Of a stretch of 64,000 nt of DNA, positions 17,279 to 27,802 are shown one piece after another. Position 1 is the first letter of the stretch. Each line of letters opens with the position of its first letter. The stretch comes from Candidatus Delongbacteria bacterium (GTDB lineage Bacteria; UBA4055), in assembly GCA_016938275.1 (NCBI GenBank), contig JAFGUZ010000165.1, positions 15,459 to 79,458 on the forward strand. The letters are read 5' to 3'. The translations under genes and the position numbers were made by a program. Below the pieces are notes generated by a model. That model searched no databases, had not been told where the DNA came from, and saw only the letters and a program-made list of their open reading frames with translations.

Positions 17279-18570
17279 TACAGAAACTCAACTAAGGCTA
17301 AAGAGAATCTAAACTTCTCTTTATCGTAGAAATAACCTGACATCGATTCCGTAGAATATCCAAAATCGAACCTTATCCAATTTGCTGCAAAAGGATTTTT
17401 CACGTAATGTGATAATCCAACTGTAGTTACCAAAGATTCGTTTAAATCTTCAAAATCGGTATAGCTTTTACCAATAAAACCGTTATCAACAAACAGTTCA
17501 GTTACCATTTCTACTCTTAAGCTATTTTTCTTTTTATCAAATAATTGTACAGAAAAAGTCTCATCTAAGCTTTTTATTCTAAGGGCAAGAGAAAGCCTGG
17601 CATAGGAATCACCTGTTATAACAGGATTAAAGCCTCTTATCAATTCATCATAATTTAGAAAAATTTTATCTTGAGGCATCATCTCATCTCCATGATTAAA
17701 ATTTAATCTTACATTTGTAGATAAAATAAATGGAGAATCATTTGGTCCATCAAAAAGCTTAAATGGTTTGGATAGATCCAATGTTGTATTAACAAAATTA
17801 ACATTATCTTCACCTGCGGGGAAATTATAGTTTAGCGAAGATTCGATGTAATACCCCTTCGTAGGATAATTAAATCTATCAAAATTATCCCATTTAAACT
17901 CAGAACCTAAAGTTATGAAGCTATTTTTAAGCCCGGGTCCTGCAAAATTTCTCTCATTATATCTCATTAAAAAGTTTATTTTTGTATAATCATTTATATG
18001 ATAGCCAGGCTTGAACTCAATTGAAAATATATCGTGAAAAATATCGTCAGCCTCGCGAAAATATTTTTTGTCCGTATATTCACCAAACTCAATTGAACTA
18101 TTAAAATAAAAGTCAGAGTTCCTAAAAGTCTTAGCATTATAGTTTAACTTATACTGTTTTTGATATCCAAAACTGGCAAGAAAATATACATCATGATTCA
18201 TTCCCAACAAGTTTCTGTATAACAGCATACCTACATAACTTAAATCTTCAGTGCCATTGTTATGAAATCTAAGAAAAGGAACTGGAAGTAAAAAAAACTG
18301 TTCCTTGACACTTATCATCATAATATTTTGATCACCCCTATTTTCAAACTCAATTGAAGCACTTTCGAACAATCCACTCTTTATTAGATTATTGATATAT
18401 ACTTCAGATTTCGAAGTATCATAAGTCTTATTACTCTCCAGCTTAAGTATTTGCATAATTACATATGATTTTGTTACTTCATTCCCATATATTTCAATTT
18501 TATCTGGTATAATTATTTCTCCAAAAATAGAGATCGTAAAAAGAAATATTAAAAAAAATCGAATAAACAT
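17278..18570 (-). CDS. Omp85-family outer-membrane protein with a single POTRA domain (BamA/TamA/TpsB-like)
   Basis: Signal peptide. POTRA-like IEIYGNEVTKSYVIMQ...ISVKEQ followed by a ~350-aa beta-barrel. AAGGAG RBS. Confidence 0.6.
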   Translation of the reverse strand: MFIRFFLIFLFTISIFGEIIIPDKIEIYGNEVTKSYVIMQILKLESNKTYDTSKSEVYINNLIKSGLFESASIEFENRGDQNIMMISVKEQFFLLPVPFLRFHNNGTEDLSYVGMLLYRNLLGMNHDVYFLASFGYQKQYKLNYNAKTFRNSDFYFNSSIEFGEYTDKKYFREADDIFHDIFSIEFKPGYHINDYTKINFLMRYNERNFAGPGLKNSFITLGSEFKWDNFDRFNYPTKGYYIESSLNYNFPAGEDNVNFVNTTLDLSKPFKLFDGPNDSPFILSTNVRLNFNHGDEMMPQDKIFLNYDELIRGFNPVITGDSYARLSLALRIKSLDETFSVQLFDKKKNSLRVEMVTELFVDNGFIGKSYTDFEDLNESLVTTVGLSHYVKNPFAANWIRFDFGYSTESMSGYFYDKEKFRFSLALVEFL

Positions 18571-18571
18571 C

Positions 18572-19417
18572 TTACTCCTTAATCAAACTATATAAATAGT
18601 TTATTTCATCTTTCCATATTGTTTCATCGATTGTCTCCAATACGATAGGAATATCATCGAATCTTGGATCATTCATAAATCTAATAAAAAACTCTTCACC
18701 CAAAAAACCCTTTCCAATACTGTGATGCCTATCAACTCTAGAGTTCAACTTTGATTTCGAGTCATTTAAGTGAACTCCCATCAGTTTATCGAAACCAATC
18801 AAAGATTCAAATTCCATGAAAGTCTCATTATACCCTTCGACAGAACTAATATCATAACCTGCAGCATAGATATGACATGTATCGATACAAACTCCCACTC
18901 TATCCTTAACATCCACATTTTTAATAATTTTTGCTATTTGTTCAAATTTATATCCAAGATTTGTTCCTTGACCGGCAGTTGTCTCAATCACAAATCTAAC
19001 CCTTTCAGTAGCTTTGATTGCTTCATTTATTGATTTAGCGATTTTTTCTAAGCAATCCAGTTCATCTATTTCATTTAGATGACTACCAGGATGAAAATTA
19101 AGTAATTCCAACCCCAACAGTTCTACTCTTTTAGCTTCATCTATAAAAGCCTCCAGGGACTGATTATGCTTTTCATTATCAGGATTACCAAGATTTATTA
19201 GGTAGCCGTCATGGGGAAGAACGACTTTTGGTTTATAATTCATTCTCTCTAAATTATCTTTAAACATCTGTACTTCTTCGATACTGTATGGTTTAGATTC
19301 CCATCTTCTCTGGTTTTTTGTAAACATTGCAAATGCTTTAGCTCCAATATCAAATGCGTTCATGGGAGCTTTAAATACACCTCCTGAAATAGAAACATGA
19401 GCTCCGATATATTTCAT
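18572..19417 (-). CDS. nfo: endonuclease IV (AP endonuclease, Nfo)
   Basis: MKYIGAHVS...YLINLG...FHPGSH...CIDTCH is near-colinear with E. coli Nfo. The start was set at MKYIGAH (GGAG RBS) rather than the upstream ATG at 19429. Confidence 0.9.
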   Translation of the reverse strand: MKYIGAHVSISGGVFKAPMNAFDIGAKAFAMFTKNQRRWESKPYSIEEVQMFKDNLERMNYKPKVVLPHDGYLINLGNPDNEKHNQSLEAFIDEAKRVELLGLELLNFHPGSHLNEIDELDCLEKIAKSINEAIKATERVRFVIETTAGQGTNLGYKFEQIAKIIKNVDVKDRVGVCIDTCHIYAAGYDISSVEGYNETFMEFESLIGFDKLMGVHLNDSKSKLNSRVDRHHSIGKGFLGEEFFIRFMNDPRFDDIPIVLETIDETIWKDEINYLYSLIKE

Positions 19418-19521
19418 TATTGACTCCATTTTTTACATTAAAATAACTCAAAATTATTTAAACAGAAATTGCAAAAATCACAATTAGTGTTTAATTTCAC
19501 AAAAAATTCAGGAGAAGTTCT

Positions 19522-20100
19522 TTGAAAACGCTCTTTATTGATAATTTTGATTCATTTACATATAATTTAGTTCGGTATTTTAAACTAGCTGGAGCTGAAA
19601 CAGATGTTGTTCGTAATAATTTCCCCATCGATTCAATTTTTTATGAAAAGTATGACAGCATTGTAATCTCCCCCGGTCCCGGAACTCCAAAAGATTCTGG
19701 AATAAGTTTGAAAGTATTGGAGAAATGTACTGGTAAAATTCCAATCTTGGGAGTATGTCTTGGAATGCAATGTATTAATGAATTATACGGAGGTAAAACC
19801 ATACTTGCTCCATACCCATGTCATGGCAAGAAATCCATACTAATACATTCCGAATTGGATCTTTTTTCTAATATTAGACAAAAAACAACTATCGCTAGAT
19901 ACCATTCCCTTATTATAGATCCTGCGAAACAACTTAAAGTTGACTCATGGACTGAAAATGATAACCTGCCAATGTCTATCATTGACAAAAAAAACCTGAT
20001 CTTTGCAGTACAATTCCACCCTGAATCCTTTATGACTCAGGATGGTTTGAAAATGATTCAAAATTTCTGTATAAGTACTTCTAAGAATCTAAAAAGTTAG
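19522..20100 (+). CDS. class-I glutamine amidotransferase, anthranilate/aminodeoxychorismate synthase component II (TrpG/PabA type)
   Basis: GVCLGMQ catalytic Cys; HPES His/Glu. TTG start with AGGAGAAG RBS. No adjacent trpE/pabB. Confidence 0.8.
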   Translation: MKTLFIDNFDSFTYNLVRYFKLAGAETDVVRNNFPIDSIFYEKYDSIVISPGPGTPKDSGISLKVLEKCTGKIPILGVCLGMQCINELYGGKTILAPYPCHGKKSILIHSELDLFSNIRQKTTIARYHSLIIDPAKQLKVDSWTENDNLPMSIIDKKNLIFAVQFHPESFMTQDGLKMIQNFCISTSKNLKS

Positions 20101-20112
20101 ATATCAGGCTCA

Positions 20113-21033
20113 TCAATCCCAAATTCTTAAATCAAAAACTCCATCAGATGAATAAACTCCTCTAAACATACCCAAAGAATTATAAGGCATACAGAAAGAA
20201 CCATCTTTACCAACGGCAATCAAACCTCCTGATCCAGAAGGCAGCCTTTCTTCAATATTAGCTCTACATGCTTCAAAAAGAGTTTCGTCGCCATATTTTA
20301 TTCGAGAACTAATATCATATGCCACAGTCAATCTGATAAAATCTTCACCTTTACCTGTGCAGGATATTGCACAAGTATCGTTATCGGCATAAGTACCGGC
20401 ACCGATAATCGGAGTATCACCTACTCTACCATACTTTTTATTTGTGATACCACCTGTAGATGTTGCAGCGGCAAGATTTCCCAATTTATCCAGGGCTACA
20501 GCTCCTACTGTTCCAAATTTTTTATCCAGATCACTATGATCTAATACCACTCTATCTTTATCTCTTGCATTTTGCCACTGTTTAAATCTAATTTCTGTTT
20601 TGAAGTAATCTGAATCTTCAAATTCAATATTATTTTTTCTAGCAAACTCTTCAGCTCCAGTCGAACAGAGGAAAGAATGCTCACTATTTTCCATAACAGC
20701 TCTAGCTAAATTTATCGGATTTTTAACATTTCTAACACCACAAACAGCCCCATTTTTCAAATTATGACCAGTCATGATTGCAGCGTCCATTTCAATTTCA
20801 CCATTACTATTGAACACAGATCCTCTTCCAGCATTAAAAGATGGACAATTTTCTAATTCATTTACTGCCGCATTTACGGCATCTAAAGCAGAACCACCTC
20901 TTTCAAGAACATCTTTTCCTGCCTTTAGAGCTTTATCTAAACCCTCTAAATACGGCTTATATTTTTCTTGATCATCTGTTCTCGGGATTACTCCTGCTCC
21001 ACCATGTATTACAAGAACTGTTTTATTTTCCAT
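20113..21033 (-). CDS. iaaA: isoaspartyl peptidase / L-asparaginase (Ntn-hydrolase, plant-type asparaginase)
   Basis: VLVIHGGAG and GTVGAVALD autocleavage-site Thr motif. Confidence 0.85.
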   Translation of the reverse strand: MENKTVLVIHGGAGVIPRTDDQEKYKPYLEGLDKALKAGKDVLERGGSALDAVNAAVNELENCPSFNAGRGSVFNSNGEIEMDAAIMTGHNLKNGAVCGVRNVKNPINLARAVMENSEHSFLCSTGAEEFARKNNIEFEDSDYFKTEIRFKQWQNARDKDRVVLDHSDLDKKFGTVGAVALDKLGNLAAATSTGGITNKKYGRVGDTPIIGAGTYADNDTCAISCTGKGEDFIRLTVAYDISSRIKYGDETLFEACRANIEERLPSGSGGLIAVGKDGSFCMPYNSLGMFRGVYSSDGVFDLRIWD

Positions 21034-21035
21034 AA

Positions 21036-21497
21036 TTAATATACCTCATAAATCATCTTACATATTTTTTCTAACCATATTTTATCTGTTTCATCGAAAC
21101 TACTTCCCTTATCGCTATCAACATCCAAAACAGCAACGAGTGAATTGTCTCTATCAAAAACAGGAACTACAATTTCAGATTTTGATCTTGAATCACAGGC
21201 GATATGCCCTGGGAATTTCTCAACATCATCAACGATTACGGTTTCCCTATCAATGACAGCTGACCAACAAACACCGTGAGGTTTTGCCAAAACCTGACAT
21301 GCCAAAGAACCTTGATATGGTCCGACGATAAGTTTTTCATCCTTAATAAAATAAAATCCAGTCCAAAAATAATAAGAAAATTTATGATGTAAAACAGCAA
21401 TAATTGTACTCATTCTTGGAAGAGGATCTTTTGTCTTTGTTAATAAGGATTCCAATTGGTTGTATATCCGCTCATATTTACTATTTTTATTGTCCAT
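21036..21497 (-). CDS. msrC: GAF-domain free methionine-(R)-sulfoxide reductase (fRMsr/MsrC-like)
   Basis: GFYF...GPYQGSLACQ...HGVCWSAV...FPGHIACDS...EIVVPV conserved fRMsr signature. Confidence 0.7.
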   Translation of the reverse strand: MDNKNSKYERIYNQLESLLTKTKDPLPRMSTIIAVLHHKFSYYFWTGFYFIKDEKLIVGPYQGSLACQVLAKPHGVCWSAVIDRETVIVDDVEKFPGHIACDSRSKSEIVVPVFDRDNSLVAVLDVDSDKGSSFDETDKIWLEKICKMIYEVY

Positions 21498-22383
21498 TCC
21501 TTCTCCTTTTCTGACTCAAATAAACTCCAAAAAGTACAAGAACACCTCCCAAAAACACTCCAAAACTAATAGATTCATCCAATAAAAACCAACCAAGAAT
21601 TGTCACAACAATAGGAGTAAAATAAAGTGCGGTTGTGGCTCTTGTTGCCGAATCAATTAATGAGAGGGCTTTATTCCATGTGAAATATGCAATGGCACCT
21701 GGAAAAATACCAAGATAAACTATAATAGATATTTTTGAATTTGACAATTGAGAGAATTGTACTACAAGTTCAGGAAAATACAGAGTCATGAATATAGTTC
21801 CAAACCAAACTGACCATACCAAAGTATTTAAACTTCCATATTTTGTAACTAATTTTTTCTGAACGATGGTATAAACACTACTGGATATTGCCGAAACGAG
21901 CACTAAAATAACTCCATAATTCATTGAAGCTTTTTCACCTTCATAGAACGATATTATACCTATGCCAAAAAAACTTACAACGATCCCAATCCAGCTTCTA
22001 ACACCAAGTTTCTCTTTAAAAACTACAGCAGAAATCACTCCTGTAAAGATAGTCAAAGAACTTACAAGAAAGCTTGCTGTCGCAGCATTTACCAATTGTT
22101 CTCCCCAGTTGAGGGTCAAATTATATAGAAAAAAACCCGAAAAACCTGAAAATAGAAAATATTTCAAATCTTTTTTTTCTGGAATCCTTTTCGTAGAGGA
22201 AAGAATGTAAAACATAAATAATACAATTGATACTACTATAAATCTCAGTAAAGCCATTGGACCGGCATCAATATATTTCACAACATCTCTAATGCCAACG
22301 AAAGCAGATGCCCAAAGGAGCACTGTTATTACTAGGTATATTCGATAATCATCTCTTTTCATAGCACCGAAAAATAAGAACAT
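21487..22383 (-). CDS. EamA/DMT-superfamily transporter (10 TM)
   Basis: Two EamA repeats; hydrophobic profile. Confidence 0.75.
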   Translation of the reverse strand: MFLFFGAMKRDDYRIYLVITVLLWASAFVGIRDVVKYIDAGPMALLRFIVVSIVLFMFYILSSTKRIPEKKDLKYFLFSGFSGFFLYNLTLNWGEQLVNAATASFLVSSLTIFTGVISAVVFKEKLGVRSWIGIVVSFFGIGIISFYEGEKASMNYGVILVLVSAISSSVYTIVQKKLVTKYGSLNTLVWSVWFGTIFMTLYFPELVVQFSQLSNSKISIIVYLGIFPGAIAYFTWNKALSLIDSATRATTALYFTPIVVTILGWFLLDESISFGVFLGGVLVLFGVYLSQKRRRNGQ

Positions 22384-22450
22384 TTAGTTGCATAATCTAT
22401 AGTAATATTACTTTTTCTTACGTTAACTTTATTGGAGACACCATTTCATT

Positions 22451-24298
22451 TCATATCAACAAACTAAAATCAGTATAATTTTTTATAATCCAAGAAGTAA
22501 AACCACTACTATCTTTGAGTGAAAATCTAAAATAATCCACTAATTTATTCGGACTAAAAATTTTGTTTTTAGATAATTTTGAACACGTTATTATATCCTG
22601 AATTGCACTATCCTGAGTAAAACTTCGATATGGTACGGGAAAACTAAATTTGGGTCTTTTAATAATTTCTTCGGGTAGTCTATCTTTCATGATTTGTCTT
22701 AGCAAAAATTTTGTAGTATCTGAACTGGATGTAAACTCCTGTGAGTTTTTATGGCAAAAACAACCACTTACTTGAGTCTTTAACTTAAACCTACGAGGAA
22801 TATTAATTGCAAAATCTACTAATTTTTTATCCAGAAAAGGAGTTCTCCCTTCAACGGAACCCAACATTGTATTAAAATCCAATCGGTCAAGCAAGGAGCT
22901 TAAATTTATATCAAAAACTATCGCCTGCCATCTGTCGTATATATCAAGTTTATTATATTTTTTAAACAACAATTCAAAATAAGCATTAATTTCTTTAGAA
23001 ATTTTTAAGAGATCAAACTTCTCATCCAATAACAGAGCTAGATTCTGAAAATTTATTCGCCTAAAGTAAAATTGAAACAGATCCTGTTCATCATAATAGA
23101 CCAAATCTGTATAAAGCCTCTCCATTGAAAGCTGAAACGATGTTTGACTTTTTAGATAATTTTTAAACTCGTTCCTAATATAATCCATAGCTCCACGTGA
23201 AATGTGCGAATAACCGTACAAAAGTTCATCTGCACCTTCTCCGGAAAGTATAACAGTCAAATCATTTGACACTAATTGAGATAATTTATAGATAGCAGCT
23301 TCATTTGGAGTGCTTAAGGGAACTCCTTTTATTGAAATAAGATACTCCAGAACACCTGCCAATTTTGTATTATCAAAAAGTAATGATGTATGTTTAATCC
23401 CAAGTTTTTTTGCAGTTATCTCAGCATGATAATTTTCGCCAGTTTCATCAAGTCCATAAGATATAGAAAATGTTCTATAATCATTCTTAAACTGTTTTGC
23501 ATAGTAGCTTATTGCTGAAGAATCCAATCCACCGGACAAAAAACCACCTAATGGTACATCACTTAACAAACGTTTTTTAACACTCTCAGATAAAAGTTCA
23601 TCCATCTTTTGTTCTGCTTGCTGCAAATCTAAATCATAATATTTCCTACTTCGCTCAAACTCAATGTATTTTGTATTTTCCAATCCATTAACAGAAAATT
23701 GTATAAAAGATCCCGGTTCAACTGAAAAAACATTTTCAAAAATTGTCCTATTCCCCATCCGTAAACTTCCGTACATCATAGAAAAAACAACCACCGTTTT
23801 ATCAATTTTTCCTTTGCCTAGTTCTGCCACAACTTTTATCGAAGATGAATAAATTATCGTATTACCTATAATTGAATAGTACAGTGGTTTTTGACCTGCA
23901 GGATCTCTTGCCAGGATAATAGACTGTTCACCAGAAAAAGCCAACGCAAACATACCATCTAGTCTATCAAGGCAATTAGCTCCATTCACTTTTAATAATT
24001 CGAAAAGCATTTCTGTGTCTGAATTATAGGATCTATTTAAGCTTTTGTTTAAATCCTTGAAATTGTAAATCTCACCATTGTAAACCAGTGAATATTTATC
24101 ATTGTTTAAAGGTTGGTTACCATTTTTTGGGCTGATAATTGAAAGTCTTCTATGAATCATGAAATTTTTTTCGTCACAGAAAATTCCACGCTTATCGGGA
24201 CCTCTGGTAATTATCTCTTTTTCAAGACTAACTATTTTATAAATTAGATCCTGACCAATGTTTCCAACAGGTGAATATGCTCCAATAAATCCACACAT
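22451..24298 (-). CDS. asnB: asparagine synthetase B-type glutamine-hydrolysing amidotransferase
   Basis: N-terminal MCGF nucleophile Cys. PP-loop SGGLDSS. 615 aa. Confidence 0.8.
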   Translation of the reverse strand: MCGFIGAYSPVGNIGQDLIYKIVSLEKEIITRGPDKRGIFCDEKNFMIHRRLSIISPKNGNQPLNNDKYSLVYNGEIYNFKDLNKSLNRSYNSDTEMLFELLKVNGANCLDRLDGMFALAFSGEQSIILARDPAGQKPLYYSIIGNTIIYSSSIKVVAELGKGKIDKTVVVFSMMYGSLRMGNRTIFENVFSVEPGSFIQFSVNGLENTKYIEFERSRKYYDLDLQQAEQKMDELLSESVKKRLLSDVPLGGFLSGGLDSSAISYYAKQFKNDYRTFSISYGLDETGENYHAEITAKKLGIKHTSLLFDNTKLAGVLEYLISIKGVPLSTPNEAAIYKLSQLVSNDLTVILSGEGADELLYGYSHISRGAMDYIRNEFKNYLKSQTSFQLSMERLYTDLVYYDEQDLFQFYFRRINFQNLALLLDEKFDLLKISKEINAYFELLFKKYNKLDIYDRWQAIVFDINLSSLLDRLDFNTMLGSVEGRTPFLDKKLVDFAINIPRRFKLKTQVSGCFCHKNSQEFTSSSDTTKFLLRQIMKDRLPEEIIKRPKFSFPVPYRSFTQDSAIQDIITCSKLSKNKIFSPNKLVDYFRFSLKDSSGFTSWIIKNYTDFSLLI

Positions 24299-24310
24299 AA
24301 TTATCCTCTA

Positions 24311-25912
24311 TCAATCCCAGAATGTCCAACGAATTCCCCATATTTCATCATATCCCATCATATTATGACCAGCAACAGTTTGATAATGATAATTTGGGTT
24401 AAAACTATAATCTTCTGTAATTGAATTATAAGTATTCCTATATCCATTGGATATCGAATAATAGGCTTCAAATGTTTTAATTATTGCAGATATTTTAAGC
24501 CCAAAATTATTTTCTATTTGATTGGTTCCATCAGCCAAATACTCAGAATACCTGTGTAATAAACTTATGGAGATATCTAGCTCTTCATCGAAAAAATTAT
24601 CAAACCATGACAATCTGCTATTTATTGAATAATCTGTATGATCTAATGATAAAACCTCTCCCAAACTTTTGTAGTAACTTGAATTTATACTGAAATGTTT
24701 AAACAAATCAATATTTAAATCAAAAGTGAGATCCTGGTAAAGATCTCTGTTATACAATTCTCTATAATCGTATGAAAATTCATATTCTGTTTTTACGGAT
24801 ACAGAAAAGAAATCAAACTCATTACGAAAATCTGCTTGAAATCGTTTTGATAGAAGAGATACCCTTCTATACTTTTCATCGGAAAAACTAATTGAAACAG
24901 CTTCACCGAGAATAAAATATCCTAGCTTTTTACTCAATAACAATTCGCCAGCAGTATAAAATTTATCATTTTCCAACAATCCTGCTATCAAACGTTCTCT
25001 AACATTAAACTTTAAAAATTCGCTTTCGTTTGAACCTATGATAGAAACATCCATTAAATCGTCAGACAAACCTTTTGAATTTGAAAAAAATAAACCTAAT
25101 GATCTTTTTCTATCTTCTAAACTACTAATGATGAGTTGTCCAGTTTCTTCATTATAGCTATCACCTTTAAACTCGCCATACTCAGCTCGTATTCCACCAA
25201 ATATATTATATTTAGCTAGAATATAATTATATGTGTATTCACCATTATACCGAGTATCTACCTCTTTAGTTGAATCTTTGGCAAAATTGAATCTTTGGCT
25301 CCTAAAATATCCAAACTTTAAATCCTGATTTATTGTTTCTCCTTCTCTCCTCAAGCTAAAATTATAATTCTGCCTCAGATAAGGATAATTATAAAAATCG
25401 TCATCTTCTCTATTATCCATATAATCCGTAATATTTCCATAAATTTTGAATTTATAGTTTTTACTAAATCTTTGTGCTAAATATATATCAAGATCTCTAT
25501 GATTTAAATACGCATCACGATATGAAACTTCACTGCATACATCTCTTGAATTTAACTTCTTTGTGAAAATTTTTATAGTTGAACCTGAAGAACTCAAAGG
25601 ATCATCACAAATACTAATGCTATCAATTATTGATAAAGAAAAATCCTCTAGCTTCATTTCATTATAAGTACCAATTGCTAGGTTATCTACCACAATGGAG
25701 ATAGTTTTTTCAACTGCTCCATTTTTATAAATTCTAATATCTTGCCCAGTTTGCTTGTAGGTTTTCAAATGATACCCAGGAATTGTTTTTAAAATATCAT
25801 AGACAGTCCTTGCAGGGTAAAATCTAAACTCATTTTTCCCAAAACTATATGAAGAACCTTCTAAAAAATTTAAACAAGCTATTATTAACAGTGTCAGAAA
25901 TTTGAAATACAT
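24311..25912 (-). CDS. secreted outer-membrane beta-barrel protein with a TonB-receptor-plug-like N-terminal region
   Basis: Signal peptide; plug-like ILKTIPGYHL...DIRIYKNG...IVVDNLAIG; beta-rich remainder. Too short for a canonical 22-strand TBDR. Confidence 0.35.
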   Translation of the reverse strand: MYFKFLTLLIIACLNFLEGSSYSFGKNEFRFYPARTVYDILKTIPGYHLKTYKQTGQDIRIYKNGAVEKTISIVVDNLAIGTYNEMKLEDFSLSIIDSISICDDPLSSSGSTIKIFTKKLNSRDVCSEVSYRDAYLNHRDLDIYLAQRFSKNYKFKIYGNITDYMDNREDDDFYNYPYLRQNYNFSLRREGETINQDLKFGYFRSQRFNFAKDSTKEVDTRYNGEYTYNYILAKYNIFGGIRAEYGEFKGDSYNEETGQLIISSLEDRKRSLGLFFSNSKGLSDDLMDVSIIGSNESEFLKFNVRERLIAGLLENDKFYTAGELLLSKKLGYFILGEAVSISFSDEKYRRVSLLSKRFQADFRNEFDFFSVSVKTEYEFSYDYRELYNRDLYQDLTFDLNIDLFKHFSINSSYYKSLGEVLSLDHTDYSINSRLSWFDNFFDEELDISISLLHRYSEYLADGTNQIENNFGLKISAIIKTFEAYYSISNGYRNTYNSITEDYSFNPNYHYQTVAGHNMMGYDEIWGIRWTFWD

Positions 25913-26070
25913 AGAGACCTTTTTTTAGGTAAAATATGCCTGAGTGTTAATATTAGCAAATCAAAATATTTAGTAATAAAAAAAATATGTTGATTAGTTT
26001 AACTATAATACATATTTTGATATTTTCCAGATCGGAAAAAAGCGAATAATTATTTCGGAGTCAAAAAGAA

Positions 26071-27000
26071 TTGAAAAACAAATTTACAATTACAATCTCA
26101 GATGTCTACGGTTCCAGAAGCTTTAATTTATCTCAAATTATAAAAAAATATCTGATCTACTTCACATCCTTTGTGTTTTTAGTGATTTTGGCATCCGTTT
26201 CAACTGCATGGTATCTAAAAATTGAACTGGATAAAATTGAAACGAAGAAAAGTGAGCTCACTAAACATAATGATGAATTAAAAAATGAAAATTCAAAACT
26301 TATTGATAATATCCAATCTAAAAACAATGAACTATTAAGTTTGAATGATAAAATTGGTGGTATTGAAGAATTACTTGGATTGAAAAGTGCAGACAGTACT
26401 TCGACTGAGGAGAGAATAGATGTTGCAACCTTAAGTTCGGTAAAAAAAGTTTATGCCCTTCAAATAATCCCAAATGGTCTTCCATTATTGGAAAATGATG
26501 GTGTAACAAGTAAATACGGTTATAGAATTCATCCAATAAGTGGTACTAAAGAGTTTCATAGAGGATTGGATTTCAGAGCAAAAACGGGCGAAGATGTTCT
26601 TACAACTGCCGATGGAATTGTTGAATATGCAGGCTTTCATAAAGAAAGTGGTTATGGCAATGTAGTGATAATAGATCATGGACTGGGATTTAAAACTATA
26701 TATGGTCACCTTAATAAAACTCTGGTTAAAGCTGGAACTAGCGTAAAAAAAGGTGAAATAATTGCACTCTCTGGTAATTCTGGTAAAAGCAGTGGTCCAC
26801 ATCTCCATTATGAAATAAAATTTGTAAATAGAAACCTCGACCCTCAAAATTTTGTTGATTGGAACTTGGCATCTTTTAATGATATTTTTGAAAAGGAGAA
26901 AAAAGTAAAATGGGCTTCTTTAATAGATCTGATAGACAGACAAATATCGGTACTGGAAAAACAATTATTGCAACCGGGTCTACCATTTGCGGCACTGTAG
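26071..27000 (+). CDS. M23-family peptidoglycan metallo-endopeptidase with an N-terminal TM helix and coiled coil (EnvC/Csd1-like)
   Basis: HRGLDF...DHGLGFKTIYGHL...GPHLHYEI M23 metal-binding motifs. TTG start, GGAG 10 nt upstream. Confidence 0.75.
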   Translation: MKNKFTITISDVYGSRSFNLSQIIKKYLIYFTSFVFLVILASVSTAWYLKIELDKIETKKSELTKHNDELKNENSKLIDNIQSKNNELLSLNDKIGGIEELLGLKSADSTSTEERIDVATLSSVKKVYALQIIPNGLPLLENDGVTSKYGYRIHPISGTKEFHRGLDFRAKTGEDVLTTADGIVEYAGFHKESGYGNVVIIDHGLGFKTIYGHLNKTLVKAGTSVKKGEIIALSGNSGKSSGPHLHYEIKFVNRNLDPQNFVDWNLASFNDIFEKEKKVKWASLIDLIDRQISVLEKQLLQPGLPFAAL

Positions 27001-27329
27001 AAATAGAGTGTAATCTTCATATTGATGGTAATTTAGAAGGGAAGATCAACTCCAAAAATGTCGTTATTGTTGGAAGAAATGGAAGTGTCAAGGGCGATAT
27101 AATTGCAAATTCAATAATAATTTCTGGTCTGGTTGAAGGAAATGTTGATGCTGAGAAAGTCGAAGTCCTCGCAGGTGGAAAACTTGTCGGTTCAGTTACT
27201 TCCAAAGATCTGATCATTGAAAAAGAGGGCGTTTTCCAGGGTGAAAGTAAACCTTTGTTATTAATTGGTGAGAATAAAAAAGACAAAATCGAAACCCAAT
27301 CGAAAGGAACAAACGTTTCCGTTAAATAA
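26910..27329 (+). CDS. bactofilin (CcmA/BacA family cytoskeletal polymer)
   Basis: Canonical bactofilin beta-helix repeats (TIIATGSTICGTVEIECNLHIDGNLEGKI...). The start overlaps the M23 gene by 91 nt in another frame. Confidence 0.75.
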   Translation: MGFFNRSDRQTNIGTGKTIIATGSTICGTVEIECNLHIDGNLEGKINSKNVVIVGRNGSVKGDIIANSIIISGLVEGNVDAEKVEVLAGGKLVGSVTSKDLIIEKEGVFQGESKPLLLIGENKKDKIETQSKGTNVSVK

Positions 27330-27802
27330 CTTTTTATAATCTTTTCCTATTTTTTTATCTCATATTTTCTTTTTAATTATTCAAAATGTATCAGTATTGA
27401 AAGTATAAAAGTTTTTTAACAACAGATATTATTGCTTACAGGTTTTAGTAGCTAATTGTTTCCTAGTTTCATTGGAAGAATAAACGATAAGGAGGTGATT
27501 TTTGGGATATTTACTACAATAGACTATAATTTTTTGTAGGACTGTAAAGATAATGCAAAAAACATGTTCAGAAATAATAGTCGCTAGTTAAGGTATTCCA
27601 TTCATGCATTTAATATTTTTAACCGTGAGGGTTCTTTATAGATAAAAGGATTGACAATAAAATATTATTTTGACCTCTATGATTTCCAATAGCTTTGCCA
27701 GAGTAATTTCAACTGTGAATCAATCAGTAAAAATCGTATAAATTATTCATTTGTGTTCACACGACACAATATATATATTCAAAGTCAAAACGCGGAAGGG
27801 AA

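Noticed and set aside
27478-27530. Strong AAGGAGGTGA ribosome-binding-like sequence in the htrA upstream region as a sign of a missed small gene.
   Set aside because: The only downstream starts give ORFs of 6-14 codons (e.g. TTG-GGA-TAT-TTA-CTA-CAA-TAG) with no conservation signal. It is more likely promoter or UTR sequence.
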